Shown here: positions 50,719-64,000 of the stretch, one piece after another
How positions within the stretch are numbered: the stretch's first letter is position 1
How the letters are laid out: the number at the start of each line of letters is the position of its first letter
Origin: Laetmonice hystrix
Taxonomy: Eukaryota
Direction of reading: 5' to 3'
DNA length: 64,000 nt
Assembly (NCBI GenBank): GCA_965235115.1
Contig: OZ249439.1
Location: 30,752,001-30,816,000 of the forward strand
Translations under genes and position numbers: made by a program
The notes under the pieces: generated by a model
Told to the model about the DNA's origin: nothing
The model's input: only the letters and a program-made list of their open reading frames with translations
Databases searched by the model: none

Positions 50719-52595
50719 GAGGGTGGCCAACCACAGCCTGGTCTCCGCGTGGACACTGTCAACAGCACAGCGTCACAACGCACATACAAACAATAGCGTC
50801 GTGACACCTTGTTTAAAACCACTTCACAGCGAGCAAGCAAGATGAACAACATCCAACTGTAACCAACTGTGTGACAGATCGGACAAATCGTGCCACATTG
50901 CCACCCTCGGGATTACTTGGTCCTCTTCTGGTATTTGTCACATGTGTAGAAACTGCAGTCCGTTAGGGTGGACCGGAAAACTAGGAAATAGATTTTATCC
51001 TTTACTAAATACACGCGGCACTCGTGGAATGGTCTCAGACAAGTAAAATGTGGTCCGGTTAGAGTCAGTTATTCTCAACCATATTTGTCTTTTCTCGCAG
51101 GAACCTAGAGGATTTATACCGACTTTATAAAGTTAAGTCATTATTTATTGGTGATATAGTGGAAATGAAGTAAAGGATTAAACAGCACGATACCAGTAAC
51201 GGTACCATAATCTCAGGACACCGCTCGGTACAATGGCGTGCCTTGCGGAAATAAGGTTTAAAATGCTCATTTCTTCACTTCTAATTATTTGGAAGTCTAA
51301 TTGAAAGGAAATGTCAGTACATGTAAGATCAAACAACCGTTGATTACAGGGAAGGGATCATGTTTTGTATTGTATTTTGTTTCCATTGAGTTGCCTGCGT
51401 TGAGTACCCAATGCTAACGAGGAGGACTTCAACCAAAACGTATTCTTCACTTTCATTGAGTGCATGAAATGTTTCTTTTGTACAGGGGGAACGTTCATGT
51501 TCTAAGAAAACCCCTTTTTTTCTGCCTAACGTTCATGCTTGACTTACATTGTTTCTTTTCATTGCCAGGGGTTGTTTGTTGTACCGTTTCATTGAATCTC
51601 TCCGGTTGCTGAGGCAGGTTTTCCGACCTACTGCTTTAAAGCCAAAGCCAAACGGGTCTTTAACGCTGCCTTGAGGGATTCGGAGGACCTGCAGTGTTCT
51701 TATAAAAGTGTGTCGACCAATGTTAACTGCTTTGGTCTACGGTTTCACGCAGGGTTCGTTCACAGTGAGGGCTAACGGATATGTATTCTATTATTGAGAC
51801 CCCTTGGAGGTGATTATTATCAGGCGTTTGTCTTGTAGGAGCTCACTTGCTCCTGTAACTACTGATTAGGACCTCAAGGAATTATTGTGCGGTCAGGATG
51901 GAGGTTGGCCCAGCCCCTCCCTATTTGGCTTCACCTGGGAAGCTGTTACGGGGTGCGGCGGACGGGGTGTGTTCTACACCCCCATTGTGCTGTAGAAAGC
52001 AAAACGCCATGATATGGTGCTAAGCTTACACCTGTCTGCCTCCTCAGCCTTCCACCTGTCCTAACGTGAGCTATGCCAGCATGGTTTCAACTCCACCTGT
52101 TTCCACAGACCCTACCTCCCCCGGCATGGTGCTTTACCGCTGGCTCATCTCCATCTCACAACAACACCTTGGATCAAACGCCCTCTCCTACCTTGGGCGC
52201 AACTAGAGACTAGACTAGTTCTTAATCACTTCCAACATGGAAACTAGCTCTCCTGATTAACCCGTATTTGGAGTGGGGTTTTGAAATACGACACGTGGTT
52301 GTTTTTTGCGCCCCTCTAGGACTGTCAATTTGGTGGTAATGACATGAAGGTGTCCATTAGTTATCGGTACGGCTCGCCATAACGGACCTCTGAGGACACA
52401 CCCACCTGTCCTCTGGGTAAACACGGTGTCACCTATCTCACCTGGGGGAAGAGGGCGCGCTGCTTCAAGTCTTAACCTACCCTACCAACACCACTAGAAG
52501 ACCTACCGGACCCAGTCCACATGAAATAAGGATTATATCTGGGATTAAGGAACATTTCTCAATCCTTTCATACGTTTTTATTTTTGTTTTTGCAG

Positions 52596-52801
52596 GTGAA
52601 ATAACTTTCCTACGTTCTCATTCTTCATAACGTGATCTCAGAGAGGACCTGTCGGAGCCTTTAGCGTTGACTTAGGAAGCAGATGGTGTTTTAGCTGTTG
52701 GGGAATTACTCGTACGTCGCGACAATACATGTATAATGTTAAATACTTGAATTTGTCTCGGGACAAAGATCAAAAGAACATGCATAGAACACTTAGAACA
52801 G
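52596..52801 (+). ncRNA. Candidate plus-strand non-coding exon (206 bp)
   Basis: Very strong acceptor TTTTTATTTTTGTTTTTGCAG|, donor CAG|GTGAGG, stops in all three frames. Confidence 0.35.
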
Positions 52802-53149
52802 GTGAGGCAGTAACTTGAGGAAGTGGGCCTGCAATGGGAAGACGGCGTCTGACCAGCTGTTTGAGCTCACGGCTTTATGACTGGAGATAATTGGGATGTG
52901 ACGGGCGGCGCCCCCTGGGGGAGACCAACGGAACCGATAGACAGGCGGTTATAATGTCGGGGTGCCCGTCCGTAACAATAACTACTCCCGACATGTCAAG
53001 ACGCTGCCATGTTAGCGGTGGAGGTATGGAGATAAAACAGGCATATGTCATTGTGGTCAGGATCAGTATGAACTCGGGAGGGAGGGGGCTTTCATTTTAA
53101 CGTGTTCGTACCCACCTGTTGCACAGAGACCAACAGATCAAGCCATCTG

Positions 53150-53630
53150 ATAAAGAATCACTTATTGGGGAACAATTCCGATCTTAGGCCTATAACAAGG
53201 AAATCTATTTATTATAGGCATCAACATCACATTAATGGTTATTATAATTCACCGGGTGAGATTGATGGCCATGATGACAAGGAGGAATGTCCTTCCAATG
53301 GTCATGTTTCCAGATCTGTCAGTGAGACCAACGGATCCGACCTCATTACTCCAGCTCCCTGGGCATGACCTCTTAACCTCTGACCTACTTGGCCCATACC
53401 AGAAGGCGTATAACACCTGGATCTCATCAATCTCAAGACACCTGCCCGTCGGCTGTTGTCTCCCCCCCTCCCCTGTCACCATATCAGGTGTGTGTCTATA
53501 GCCACATGACAATTGGGGATCTATGGAAGAATGCTCCATGAGCTCTGCCAACTGGAAAGGCACTCGACCATGAAAGAGGACAATTCAAACCGTTTTCAAC
53601 ATTTTGGAGAATGACCCAAGGTGTAGACAA
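53150..53630 (-). mobile_element. Decayed LINE RT relic
   Basis: SFSKMLKTV...QLAELMEHSSIDPQLSCGYRH...LTDRSGNMTIG...GIVPQ*VIL, in the order of SKILEK / QSGFR / LTDRxQxV / GVPQGSVL. Confidence 0.6.
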
Positions 53631-56390
53631 ATGTTTTCCAAAGATTAAAGACTTTTTAGGGTGAGGACAAGAGTAGTGTAATTAACCTTTTAGCTCCAGT
53701 CCTATTGTAAATTGGTCCTAGGTTTATAACTATCCTCAAACATGTCAAGTCCTCACAATGTAAGTTTATTTGAGAAAATAGTGCTTGCCAATTACCCCGT
53801 AGTTAGTCTGTATTATGGTTTACGATCACAATATGCCTTTGGCCAACCGTTAGTACGAGAACAGGAATGGAAGTAAAACTTGGTTTCTGGTTATGGGCAA
53901 TCCTATCAGGATTTCCAAGTTATTTTTTTTAAATGCTAGCCTTTCATAGTGGGCATGTCAGTGTGTGGAATGGGCAGGTCATTTGGCTTTACGATACAAA
54001 CTACAATACTGGTAGCAATGTGGTTTGATGGCCAGTTACACAAATGACTGTTCATTTGTCAGAGTTGAAAGAAGTCAAACAAGATCCGGTGACAGTTGAA
54101 TATTGCTAATTACCGGTTCTTACAAAGTGCTCCACCGCCCGTCTGAAGCCAGGTCGAAGGGTTCTGTGTACGTTTTGACCACTGCTGTGTAAGTAAGCGT
54201 CCATCTGGGCCGTGGTAGTGACCAGGCCGGCCAAGGTCAGCCACGTGTCACGGAGTCCCAAAGACCTGATCCGTGGGAGAGCCGGCCTAGTCAGCAAGGA
54301 GCCAATGGTGGTGACTGTCACGCTGATGGTTCCACCTGCCCCTCCAGTCAACTTTTGACATTCCGCCGACCGGGGGCTTCAACGGGGCGACCCCCCGGAC
54401 CCCCTAGACCCCACAGAGATAGCTGGGGGCGCTAGCTACGGCTGCAACCAGCGGTAACGATTCCTCACTAACTCCCCACAGTCTGCTAATGACTCGGGCC
54501 AGGGAAAGACATGCTGCATTTTGTACAGAGTTTGACGTCTTTAAAATAAGCCTCATGGCTATGTATGTTCATTCCCTACCGCCACCTGCTACGTTAAATG
54601 TGCGGGAGAAATTAACCTTTCCCTGTGAAACCATCATTTGGAGGCGTTCGTTCGGTCTTAATGATGTGAAGTAGGTTTTTACTCGGACTAATGTCCGCTA
54701 CATGTGCACAGGAACACAATGGTACCATTATCAGGGCACAAACATGCGATTGCAATCAGGACGGACTGGTCAACATCCTTGGAGGTCGGAGGACGGGGAT
54801 TATCATTTATCATGCGACAGAATTATTCGGTGAAAACTGGTCGTGTCAATAGACCTGAGGTGAATGGCCTGCAGAGTTTACACACCTGTGGCGAGAACGT
54901 TTCTCTAATTAAAAAATCATGAATATGATATGTCTCAGCGGGGGACAAGTCATTTGCGTTTGCATAGGTTGAGTCGCAGTCAACTGGAGTCCTCACATGA
55001 ACGTCTTTTACGCTAACCTTGGGATGAAAGGTCATTCTAACAATAGGAAGAATGGCACATGGTGCAGCCTCTCTATTAATAGGGCCGCTTTTAGTTAGTT
55101 CCCGTCACTGCGTACAGATGGCGCCACACCACTCGAACGCGCCAAGAAGACGTCGCGAACTGAGGCAGACGACGTTTCTTCCCAGGTACAGAGAGTGAAG
55201 ACAGTGATACGTCATAACTTCAAAGAGATACTTCAACAATGCCAGGGTAGAAAGGGAAAAGTTTGTTTGATAATTGCGCTGAGTTCCTTCATGGAGCGTG
55301 GCCGGGTCATCTGGCCTCGGTTATGGAGTGTGGGGTAGGGGACATGATCACTGACAGGAAAATGGGCGTACTCCATGTAAAGTATGACGGATACGTAAGC
55401 CGGTCATTACCTACACCTGTCGTTGCTAAGGTCACATCATGTAAGCTCTCAATCAGGAATGAGCGCGCATGATTCAAACAGAAATCGGCTCAGAAAACTT
55501 TGGTAAACATCCATAATGGCTATAGGGATGCTCTTGGTTAAGTGAGCAGTTGTAGATCTACGCCTGAGGCCCTATGCAGTTTTCCTTCATTGAATATTTA
55601 TAATTCTATGGCATACACAGATGGCGGCAGAACAATTGAAAGCAGACTTTTTTCTGCTGACGTGAAATATTATTCTGCTCGCTCCAAGGTCCTGTTGGTG
55701 GTAGTGTAGTGTCAGATAGCATCGTCAGTACAACAGCCGTTACGATGACAATAGGCATTTTTCATTCCACGTTCTTTGATATCTCTTGCCCTTATCAGGA
55801 AACGGCAAGGTCACATAAAACCTTCAGGGCTTACGGGAGACTCTTTAAAATGGAATGGTTCAGGATAAAAAAAATCTTACTTTGCAGTAGTTCAGAATTT
55901 ATAGCCTCTTGTGGAAAGGGTTGTAAATAAATTAAACCCTTGCTCCCAATTTGTGATCTTACATTTAAAAGTACCGGTACCTTTTCTTGGTGGGAGCAAG
56001 AAGAACAGCGACAAAAAAGTGCCAAAGGGGGTTGTATGCCCAAATCTTGAGTTCCGGTGTTCAATCGTGAGAGTGTTTGAGATTGTGCACAGATACGGGG
56101 TGGCAGTATGTAAGTAACGTCTCTTGAGGGTAACATTTGACGATATATTGCCTCCGATACAGGTCTGGTACGAGCGGATGGTGATTGTTGAGTCGTCCAA
56201 TGATGGCCTAGAGCCATGGAGTGGAGGAGATAGGAGACAATGGTTGGAGGAAGGCGGTTGGTGGGGAGATAGGGGGCAGACTGGGACAGGGACGGCGACC
56301 ACCATGACAGTGACATGATATCCTGTCGGTGTAATCTGGGGTCATGGAGGTCACGTCATGCCATGTAGTGGCATGTCATTGACATGTCAG

Positions 56391-56404
56391 GTTGCCACGG
56401 CAAC
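56391..56404. promoter_or_regulatory. RFX X-box motif
   Basis: GTTGCCACGGCAAC matches the 14-bp X-box consensus GTNRCC-N2-RGYAAC. Confidence 0.45.
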
Positions 56405-59400
56405 ACTTCACAGATTGGGTATGCTATAGTGGGCGATCACAAAGAAACTCGGCCCCTTAGGCTGTCGAGCTATCAAGATGTGAGAATGGGGAACTGAGTC
56501 AAAGGCAGCCTGTCAGAAATTTTTGTCATGTTACAAATTGTACATGACGAGCTATTCTTGGGAAATAGTACCAGGACGTTTTTAAAGCTCACGGTAAGGC
56601 CAGCAGTTTAATTTTAAATTGTTCAGGGCCCTTTCCGGTACTGCCTGGTTGCATCTGCTCTATAAGAAAATACATTGAAAAATGTACGGAGGTGAGATCA
56701 AATTTAAGCGAGGACTACAGAGTGTTAGTATTACCTAAGAAGTGTTTCTTTCAAAGTGCCGCTTTAAGTAGCCATTCACCCCGAGGTGCCAGTCTCTCTC
56801 AAGGCGTCCTTCGTCTTTGCATAAGAATGTCTAACCAAACCATAGAACACGTTCGGTGGTGCCACTTGTGAATGCCCCGTTTTCTGGGTTTACTGACAAC
56901 CAATATACTAGTTAGACAATGTGGAATCTTTTCACATCTCAACTGTGAGAACATTTAACAATAGGCGACTGGGGGTATGCTTGTGCATGTTGATGAGAGA
57001 ATAAGGAAAATGAATGGAAATTTGAATGGAAGTGAGGAGTTTTCAATCAGGGTGTGGCTTTGGGTACGTAATGTCTCCATGACCTGTTGTGCCATGGGTT
57101 GGAACCCTTCAACTCCCAATACACGATAGAAAGCCCCCACTGCGGCTTTTGGCACGGAGACCCTTCAGTATTACTGGGAAACACTTGATATGTGTCAGAC
57201 TGGAGGCACAATGTACTCCGAGTAGAGCTACCCTGGCCAGAATCTGGCAGTTGGATGCCGTTAGTATTCAGAACGACACTGAGTCAGGAGTTGGTAACAA
57301 CAACAGTTCGGCTCGTCTCCCTTGACGTTTGGGGACCGGGTCTTACGTGACCGTACGTAACACACTTCAGGGTTCAGTACACTTCATAGCACCAACCCAA
57401 GGGTGGCTCATGTGGATGGGGCACGCAGATGCTCGCTCCATCACAAGTCTAGTCAAAATGTAATATCTATTGGGAAAGCGATAGAATGGCCAACCTTTCT
57501 GATTTATGCGTAATCCTGCAAATCAGTGAAATTTGAAATAATGAACATCTTTGAAGAATTTTTGTTATAATTGTTATGTTTGAATTGTCACAAGGATATA
57601 AATTGAGACCCGTAATATTATTCCTGATATGATGCCCTGTCATTTTAGTACGTTATAGTCTGAAATCTGAATTAACATCTTCCGTATCTCTGACATCTTA
57701 AACAGAAACGGTTGTCAGCTAAGACTGCTGACTGCTGACGTTTCAAGTACTCTGCTGTAGTCAGTTCCTGGCTATCAACATATGTTTTGGGTACGGTATA
57801 TTTCCTTTCAGTTTCTGACCAGACATAAAGAGAGTGCCGCCCTGTAAGAAGTCGAATTTGAGACCAGACTGACCGGGAGACATTGCCTCCGGGGAGGAAG
57901 GGGGGCAGACAAAGACTCGGAAAGGTAACAAATTGGGGCCAACACTGTATCTACCCCCATGATTCACCCTACCAGCTGACATAGAGAATTATGACAATAG
58001 CATTGTTTAGGAGGCTACTGTTTGCTTATTAATAACAACCGCCGTTAGAGCAAAGCCAGAAGGTTCATTATTGTCCCATGACAGCGATCTTTAGAACCAT
58101 GTGTTGGGTAAGCCATGACGGAACAAAACTGTCTTTTGATTTTGTGTTGTGAGACATGAGTAGAACGCTGCCCTGTAAGCCTAGGCACAATAAAGGTCAG
58201 AGGCAAAGTTTGCAGATTTCTGGAGGCTGCTGGAACCATCCTTCCCTTTGAACAGCAGCTGACACACCTAGGGCAAATGTTAGGTTAGACAATGCCACGT
58301 CACAGATTATTGTCACACCGGTCAGCTTCACAGCATTCAGACGTTACATAAAGCCGACCCTCCTCACCCCCGATAAAATAATATTGACATGATAAATGAT
58401 AAAAGGGAAGCAACATGTACAATAGATGGGAGGCATGCTTTCACGGTCGATATCATTCAGTCTTTGTGATGCCTGCAGGGAAAGAACAAAAGTTCATGAC
58501 CATGAAAAACCTTGTCAGCATCACGTTTACTGTGACCAAACTGGAGGTGCTGAGTGGAATATACGCGACCAAAATGATATGGTTTAGGGATGGCCATAAT
58601 TGCCATAGGATGCAATATAAAAAAGTCGCTTTGAATTTACCATTTTTGATGATGTTATTAAGTTATATGGTTAAAGAATAACCATCCCTTTTCTTTGTAA
58701 CATTCTGAGGTTTTAGGGGTTTGTCGTAAAGTGACATTAGTGAGCGAGTAATTTTGACGTTACTTGTCTATGTCTTCATGTTCTGATTGACTCCTAGATC
58801 AGATCGCCAAGTTTACCGTTAAATATCGTCATGTTCTATACTTGACTTCTAAATCAAGGAACTAAACAAGAACCTAACATATTAAATATAAAGACGGAGA
58901 AATAGTGGCATATTTATGACTTTATAACGCCATATCAGCTCGTGCAGATTCGCATATGTAGCGATTAGTGTTATAACGTCCTAGTGTGAAAAACGTTTAA
59001 ACATGAACATAATGTTTGCATGATATCACGATTATAACCAAACAGTCATGCAGTACGTGAATGTCCCTGCTTGGCGTTATGATGTTCTGTATAATTTGAT
59101 TGTTTGTGGTGGATGTACAAATACAACCAGAACAGACAACTAGTCCACATAACTAGCACTCACTCTCACTTGTATTCGTCGTGCAATGTCTTGGTGCCAT
59201 TCTGTGAGACGTAATGTGCAGTTCGGAACTCGTTACACAGCGAGATCGATCACATTGTCAGGGGACGAAACGTGTCGCATGCTTCCAGGTGACGCGTCAG
59301 TGCTGCCACCTGGGACTGGCGCCGGAATCAAACTGGTCGGCCTGATATCACTGCCAGTCACCAGACAGACTCCCAATATCATGATCTGAGGTAATTTAGT

Positions 59401-60399
59401 ATTAATTCACCTCGATATGGCCTAGCGTGTCACCGTGTTGATTTTGTTACTGTCACTCGCAATTAACTGCACCACGGTGACCAACTAAAATCATTCCCTT
59501 TTTGTGAATAATGTTTGAAAGCTTGCAACAATCCGTTCTGGAGGTCAGCAATGTTCTGCCCCTAACGTCACAACTATACAGGTCTACTGATAATTAGTAG
59601 TTTGTATCTGAGAGCTATCAGATTAGATATCTAAATGTCTGTGTCAGACATGCAAGATATGAGTATGTGTCACCTAAACTAGCCTGGGGGTGAACTTCAA
59701 CACGGTTATACCCTGGCTGTCTCAAGTTAGATTACACGCTCCTGAGGTCTGCGCAACATTCGGTCGGCAATGGTAGGTAAGCCACAGGTTGGGTAGTGTT
59801 TATATATCTTTCTGGGAATGTTTTTGTACATGTGTATATATTTGGGGGATTCTTTTTACGGAAAATAATAGCTCTTACCAGTGTGATACTAGTATATAAC
59901 TCAAAACAATAAAATGATCGCATAGGGCGTCAATGATATTTCCATGGAAAGGTAAAACTCCAATTCTGTGTCCGTCTCTGCCCAATGTCTTTAGAAGACT
60001 GTTTGCATGCGAAGGTTAAGCGGCCCTCTGGTGTTGACCGGCTGAACTAAGGGTGAGCCGTACCGGGGCAGGTGCAGTGGTAGCGCATTCACTGAACCGG
60101 AACATGACAACATGCAGTGTGCCATCATACTACGTGTGTGTACATATACTAGAGGAATCTTTTTCCTGTATGTACGCACCGCCGGATCCAGTAATTACCC
60201 AAGATATTCAAATAGCAACAGGAATGTTGTTCTGTTCTAGTAGGTTTACTTACACCGACTGATGAAAAGTTCACAGGCGCGAACACCTTTGTAAGATGAT
60301 AAATGACACGCTTACGGACATCCAGGAAGTATTATTTACATTGTCAGAAATATAACTGTGTTCATAACTAAATGTGTTGACACATCCCGAAGATGCACT

Positions 60400-60560
60400 T
60401 ATTTGTTTCAACATACCTAGGGATATGAGCGTGAACTTTGAAATATTTTATAACAATATACGTAGTGCGATGGTCGTGAGAGGGTCACGCTTGAATAACT
60501 ACATGGACCTCCATCTTCGAGTTGACCTCATACGACAAACTCTCTGTACTGTATTTAAAG
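60400..60560 (+). mobile_element. Possible LINE APE N-terminal relic
   Basis: FN...NFEIFYNNIRS (60437-60466)...VDLI, cf. FSIFHLNIRSL...FDII. Confidence 0.35.
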
Positions 60561-63500
60561 ATACCTTTAATTCCTTGCTGATTCATTGCCAACAGATAGT
60601 GCCTAGTATGCCGACAACAGAATCTTTATATGGTGACGTATAGCAGTGCCGTTTCCATGCAGTTTGTGGCTGAGGTCCGTCAGTTTTCACCTACTCTGAC
60701 GTGTTTGCTCACCTGCCCTTGCTAGCCCACCACTGACCTCGGACTGACTACATGTACTCCGGTAATAAAACACTCACCTCACACTATCTACCCTCAATAA
60801 TAAAAGGCCCATTTCGTACGGGGATCGGTGGGTTTCTATGAACAAAAGTCAGATGTTAGACTGTCAGTGAGTCAGTCATCAAACAGGCTGGGCCACTCGG
60901 AACGGGTTACACGTAATCACACTTCAAACCCTTATCCGGATTTTCTAGATTTGATTTTCATTTTTTATCAGAGATACTTTGTAATTGATTACTTGTAAAA
61001 AGACATTTACAGCTGGAGCTTATACAGGGGCCATCTGATGGCTTGGGGATGAAGCAGGTATTACTGGATGTACAACACCAGTGTGGGGTAAACGGGGCAT
61101 TAACAGATTTTGTTTTTACCGGGGGGGGGGGTCGTTAAATTACCTGTCTAATCCGGTTTAGATTAAAAGGTAGGGCTATATCCACCAGGCTACTTATAAT
61201 GATGTTCCATTTACTAGATTATTTAATTAAAGGAGAGACATAAAAGCACAAGAGAGAAATTGCCATTTCAGGGAATTCATCTCTAAGGGTTTACTGGAGC
61301 ATGTGGTATTTAACATACGGGTACCTTCTCCCCGCCTGGGCCTGAGTTAAGGGGGTGATTCCATTCACCGATGTCTACACAACACCTGAGCGGGTAAGTC
61401 GAACAGTGTTAGGACATCATGATTGAGACGTTCACAACTTGTACTACTACATCAGACTTGTAAGGTGCTTGTTCATTTCATGCTACTTTACAATCCCTTT
61501 GAACAACCTGACCAACAAAACCCGATACATGGGTGGAGTGACTGAACACTGACAAACACACTTAGGTCCTGCTCTACCTGTCCTGTTTGATTCAGTGGGG
61601 GGCAAAGTGGTAAGTGAGGATCTAAGCGTCCCATTCAGTCGACCACCCCCACTACTCGATCCGTCTCCGTGCCCACCTTCAATACGAACCATTTTAACGC
61701 CTGTCACAGACGTTTCAATTTTAGTAGAGTAACTCGGGCGGCTGACAAAAGAGGGCGCTGGCAGATGAGGGAGCGGTCAGATTTATGGCGGGTCATTAGG
61801 GACAAGGAAGGTCTCCGTACGGGAGCAAATGGAGCCAGGTGTGAGCCCCCCTGCCTGTACGGGAAGGGTGATCAATGGAAAACAAAAATAGGCTGTGATT
61901 TTGTTTTGATGATTCGACCACCCTCTGGATTCCCTCCCCGCTAACCCTCCACTAGCCACCCCAACGACAACATGTAAGGGACTTCCGCAAGGCGTTGGTA
62001 GGGGCGATTCGACCTGACCCAGTTCTGGCCTGGTTCCGGCAGAAAGACAGCGATGCTGTAGACTGACCAGTGACGATAGGCCTCCTTTCTAGGGTCTCTC
62101 TGCCCTCACAATATATTATGTTTTAAGAGTTTCCTGGTGACATCATCAACATGAACTTCCTAAAATAATGCGTGGTACGAAAGTGGACGAATAACCCTCC
62201 ATTTAGTTGCATTGTTGAGGCTTTATTGTTATGTATGTACGGAATTAATTAGTACAATTAGAAAGCCTCTTTAATGTGACAACAGCTATTTTTATATCCA
62301 CAATATGTTAGCCAGGGAACCACGTCATAACAATTCCTTACTACCTTATAGGATTGGCACATGAGTCACCGATGAGAAAACATTGTTTTTGTCTCTCAAC
62401 AAGCTCAAGTGTTTTCTGGGCGAGCTGACAGCACCAGCTGCTGTCATGTTTTCGATGTTTACGCTGCCGATTTGGCCTGTATTTTATAAATGCTGGTAAC
62501 TGTAAATTTGAACGTGCTGTTGAATTTCTGGGTCACCATTCGCAAAATGATTTGTGCGTGCGGGTCCAAGCGTGGAGGGTTGCCTGTTTAAGGGACCAGC
62601 ATCGTCAATAAGGCCGAGTCGCAGAGAAAGAACATTCAAACCCCACCACTGACACCGAGTCAGGAAATTCTGGAGGCTTGCCCAGTTTTAATTTAAATCA
62701 AAAGTTTCTAATATATGTTCTGTTCACTGGAGTACAAGAACACATGTTCCCGCTTTCAGTGATGACGAATGGTGTGGGTTTTTTAATTAAATGCCGTACT
62801 AGGATGTTGGTCAATGTAGTATTTTCAAACAGCACCGCGCTACTTCATTGAAATCTATGAATGCTGACTGTTCATGCAGGGTTTCGCCACTGCCGCCAAG
62901 ACAAAGACCAACCATTCATTTGGAGATTACAACTGTTTTTTTAAACTGATGCCACAGTAGTAGAAACTGAGACATAACAATTTAAACAAAAGCTGTTTTA
63001 TTTTACTGGTATCAGCTGCGTGGTGTAACGGTCTGGTATTATCCCCTGTAACAATAATTGAGAATATCTTTAATGTGTAATTTCCTGGGCCAACAGCCGT
63101 GACCATGTACAATATTAACTTACAAACGTTCCTGATCTAACTCCGATATGGTGTAGACCAAGGGAATGAGCGAGAAACGATGCTAAAAGATAGAAACTAG
63201 CGTAGCTTTCTGTGTGACTATTCAATTGACCAAAGCTTGTCTTTAGGACCTGTAAACATTGGGTGTGTACAAAACGAAGACCTAAGACCCTAAGACCTAA
63301 GTCTATCTTCGCTTTGTTAGCAATCCAGGATCAACGGCTGCACAGTCTCAAAAAAACTGTGAAACTTTGGTGGTGAATTATTCATCACGCGGATGCTATA
63401 CATATACTTGTCATATGTGGGGTGCAACACCACCGCACCACATACCAAATATGTATGCAGTGGCAGTGCTATGTTAATGTTTATTATAAATGTCAGGCCT

Positions 63501-64000
63501 CTATTTATCCATGACCAGTGTTACTACACAGAGCTGAATCGAACAAATTGCTGACCAGAATGCCTTGGTGTGGGAAGTAATTGTGACGATTAGAGATCGA
63601 GAGGTTAGTGGTTTGGAACACTATTAATTTGAATGAAAACATACGGTGTTACCCTTCAGAACCTGATTGGAAACATTGGTACAAGTCAAAAGTCCAACAA
63701 AAGTCACGGTTATGGCAGTACCAGGCTGTTTTTAAAGAGCTTGTGTTCAGATTTGGTATCTTTAGCTCAGACTTTTAATAGCCCTCTGTCTCGGCGCCAG
63801 TCATGTTTTCATGTACAAACTCCTAACCAGTAATTAAGTTATTTTTGAAGCAAGTCGTATGGAAAATTTGGTAAAGATGAAAGGTTAACAAGACGACACT
63901 GTTTACGACCTGTTTTCCATACGTTTTGTCAGAACAAGAGGAGAGTCTTCTTTAGAGCAGACTTTTTCTGCCTAAACGTAGCTACTGTTTGTTTACCACT

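Noticed and set aside
15000-54000. Uni-strand piRNA-cluster (flamenco-like) hypothesis from minus-oriented TE fragments
   Set aside because: Relics are very old and sparse, plus-strand relics also occur (17779, 60400), and the skew is not clearly significant
766-63580. Su(H)/CSL paired site indicating a direct Notch target
   Set aside because: Only isolated GTGGGAA/GTGAGAA matches; no inverted pair at 15-17 bp spacing was found

Overview
Eukaryotic (animal, probably invertebrate; inference) genomic DNA with no prokaryotic operons, rRNA/tRNA genes or CRISPR arrays. The window is dominated by one large minus-strand spliced gene that the ORF track splits in two. A 252-bp coding segment (29485-29234, Kozak-type ATG, ATG|GTAAGA donor) joins in phase across a ~17.9-kb intron to a 2.5-kb terminal exon (11298-8785). 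The product is a ~921-aa, mostly disordered protein that I cannot assign to a named family; a candidate upstream exon at 37802-37601 would extend it to ~954 aa. Its AT-rich 3' UTR carries five perfect Pumilio elements plus miR-7 and K-box seeds, and the long intron contains a candidate recursive-splicing ratchet point. A possible bidirectional promoter lies near 50.4-50.9 kb, with candidate non-coding plus-strand exons. The rest is intronic/intergenic DNA with decayed LINE (CR1/L2-like) and Penelope-like relics, two MITEs, several minisatellites, and a 1.1-kb foldback-like element built from flip/flop palindromic modules. All protein-family matches come from motif recognition by eye, not database searches.
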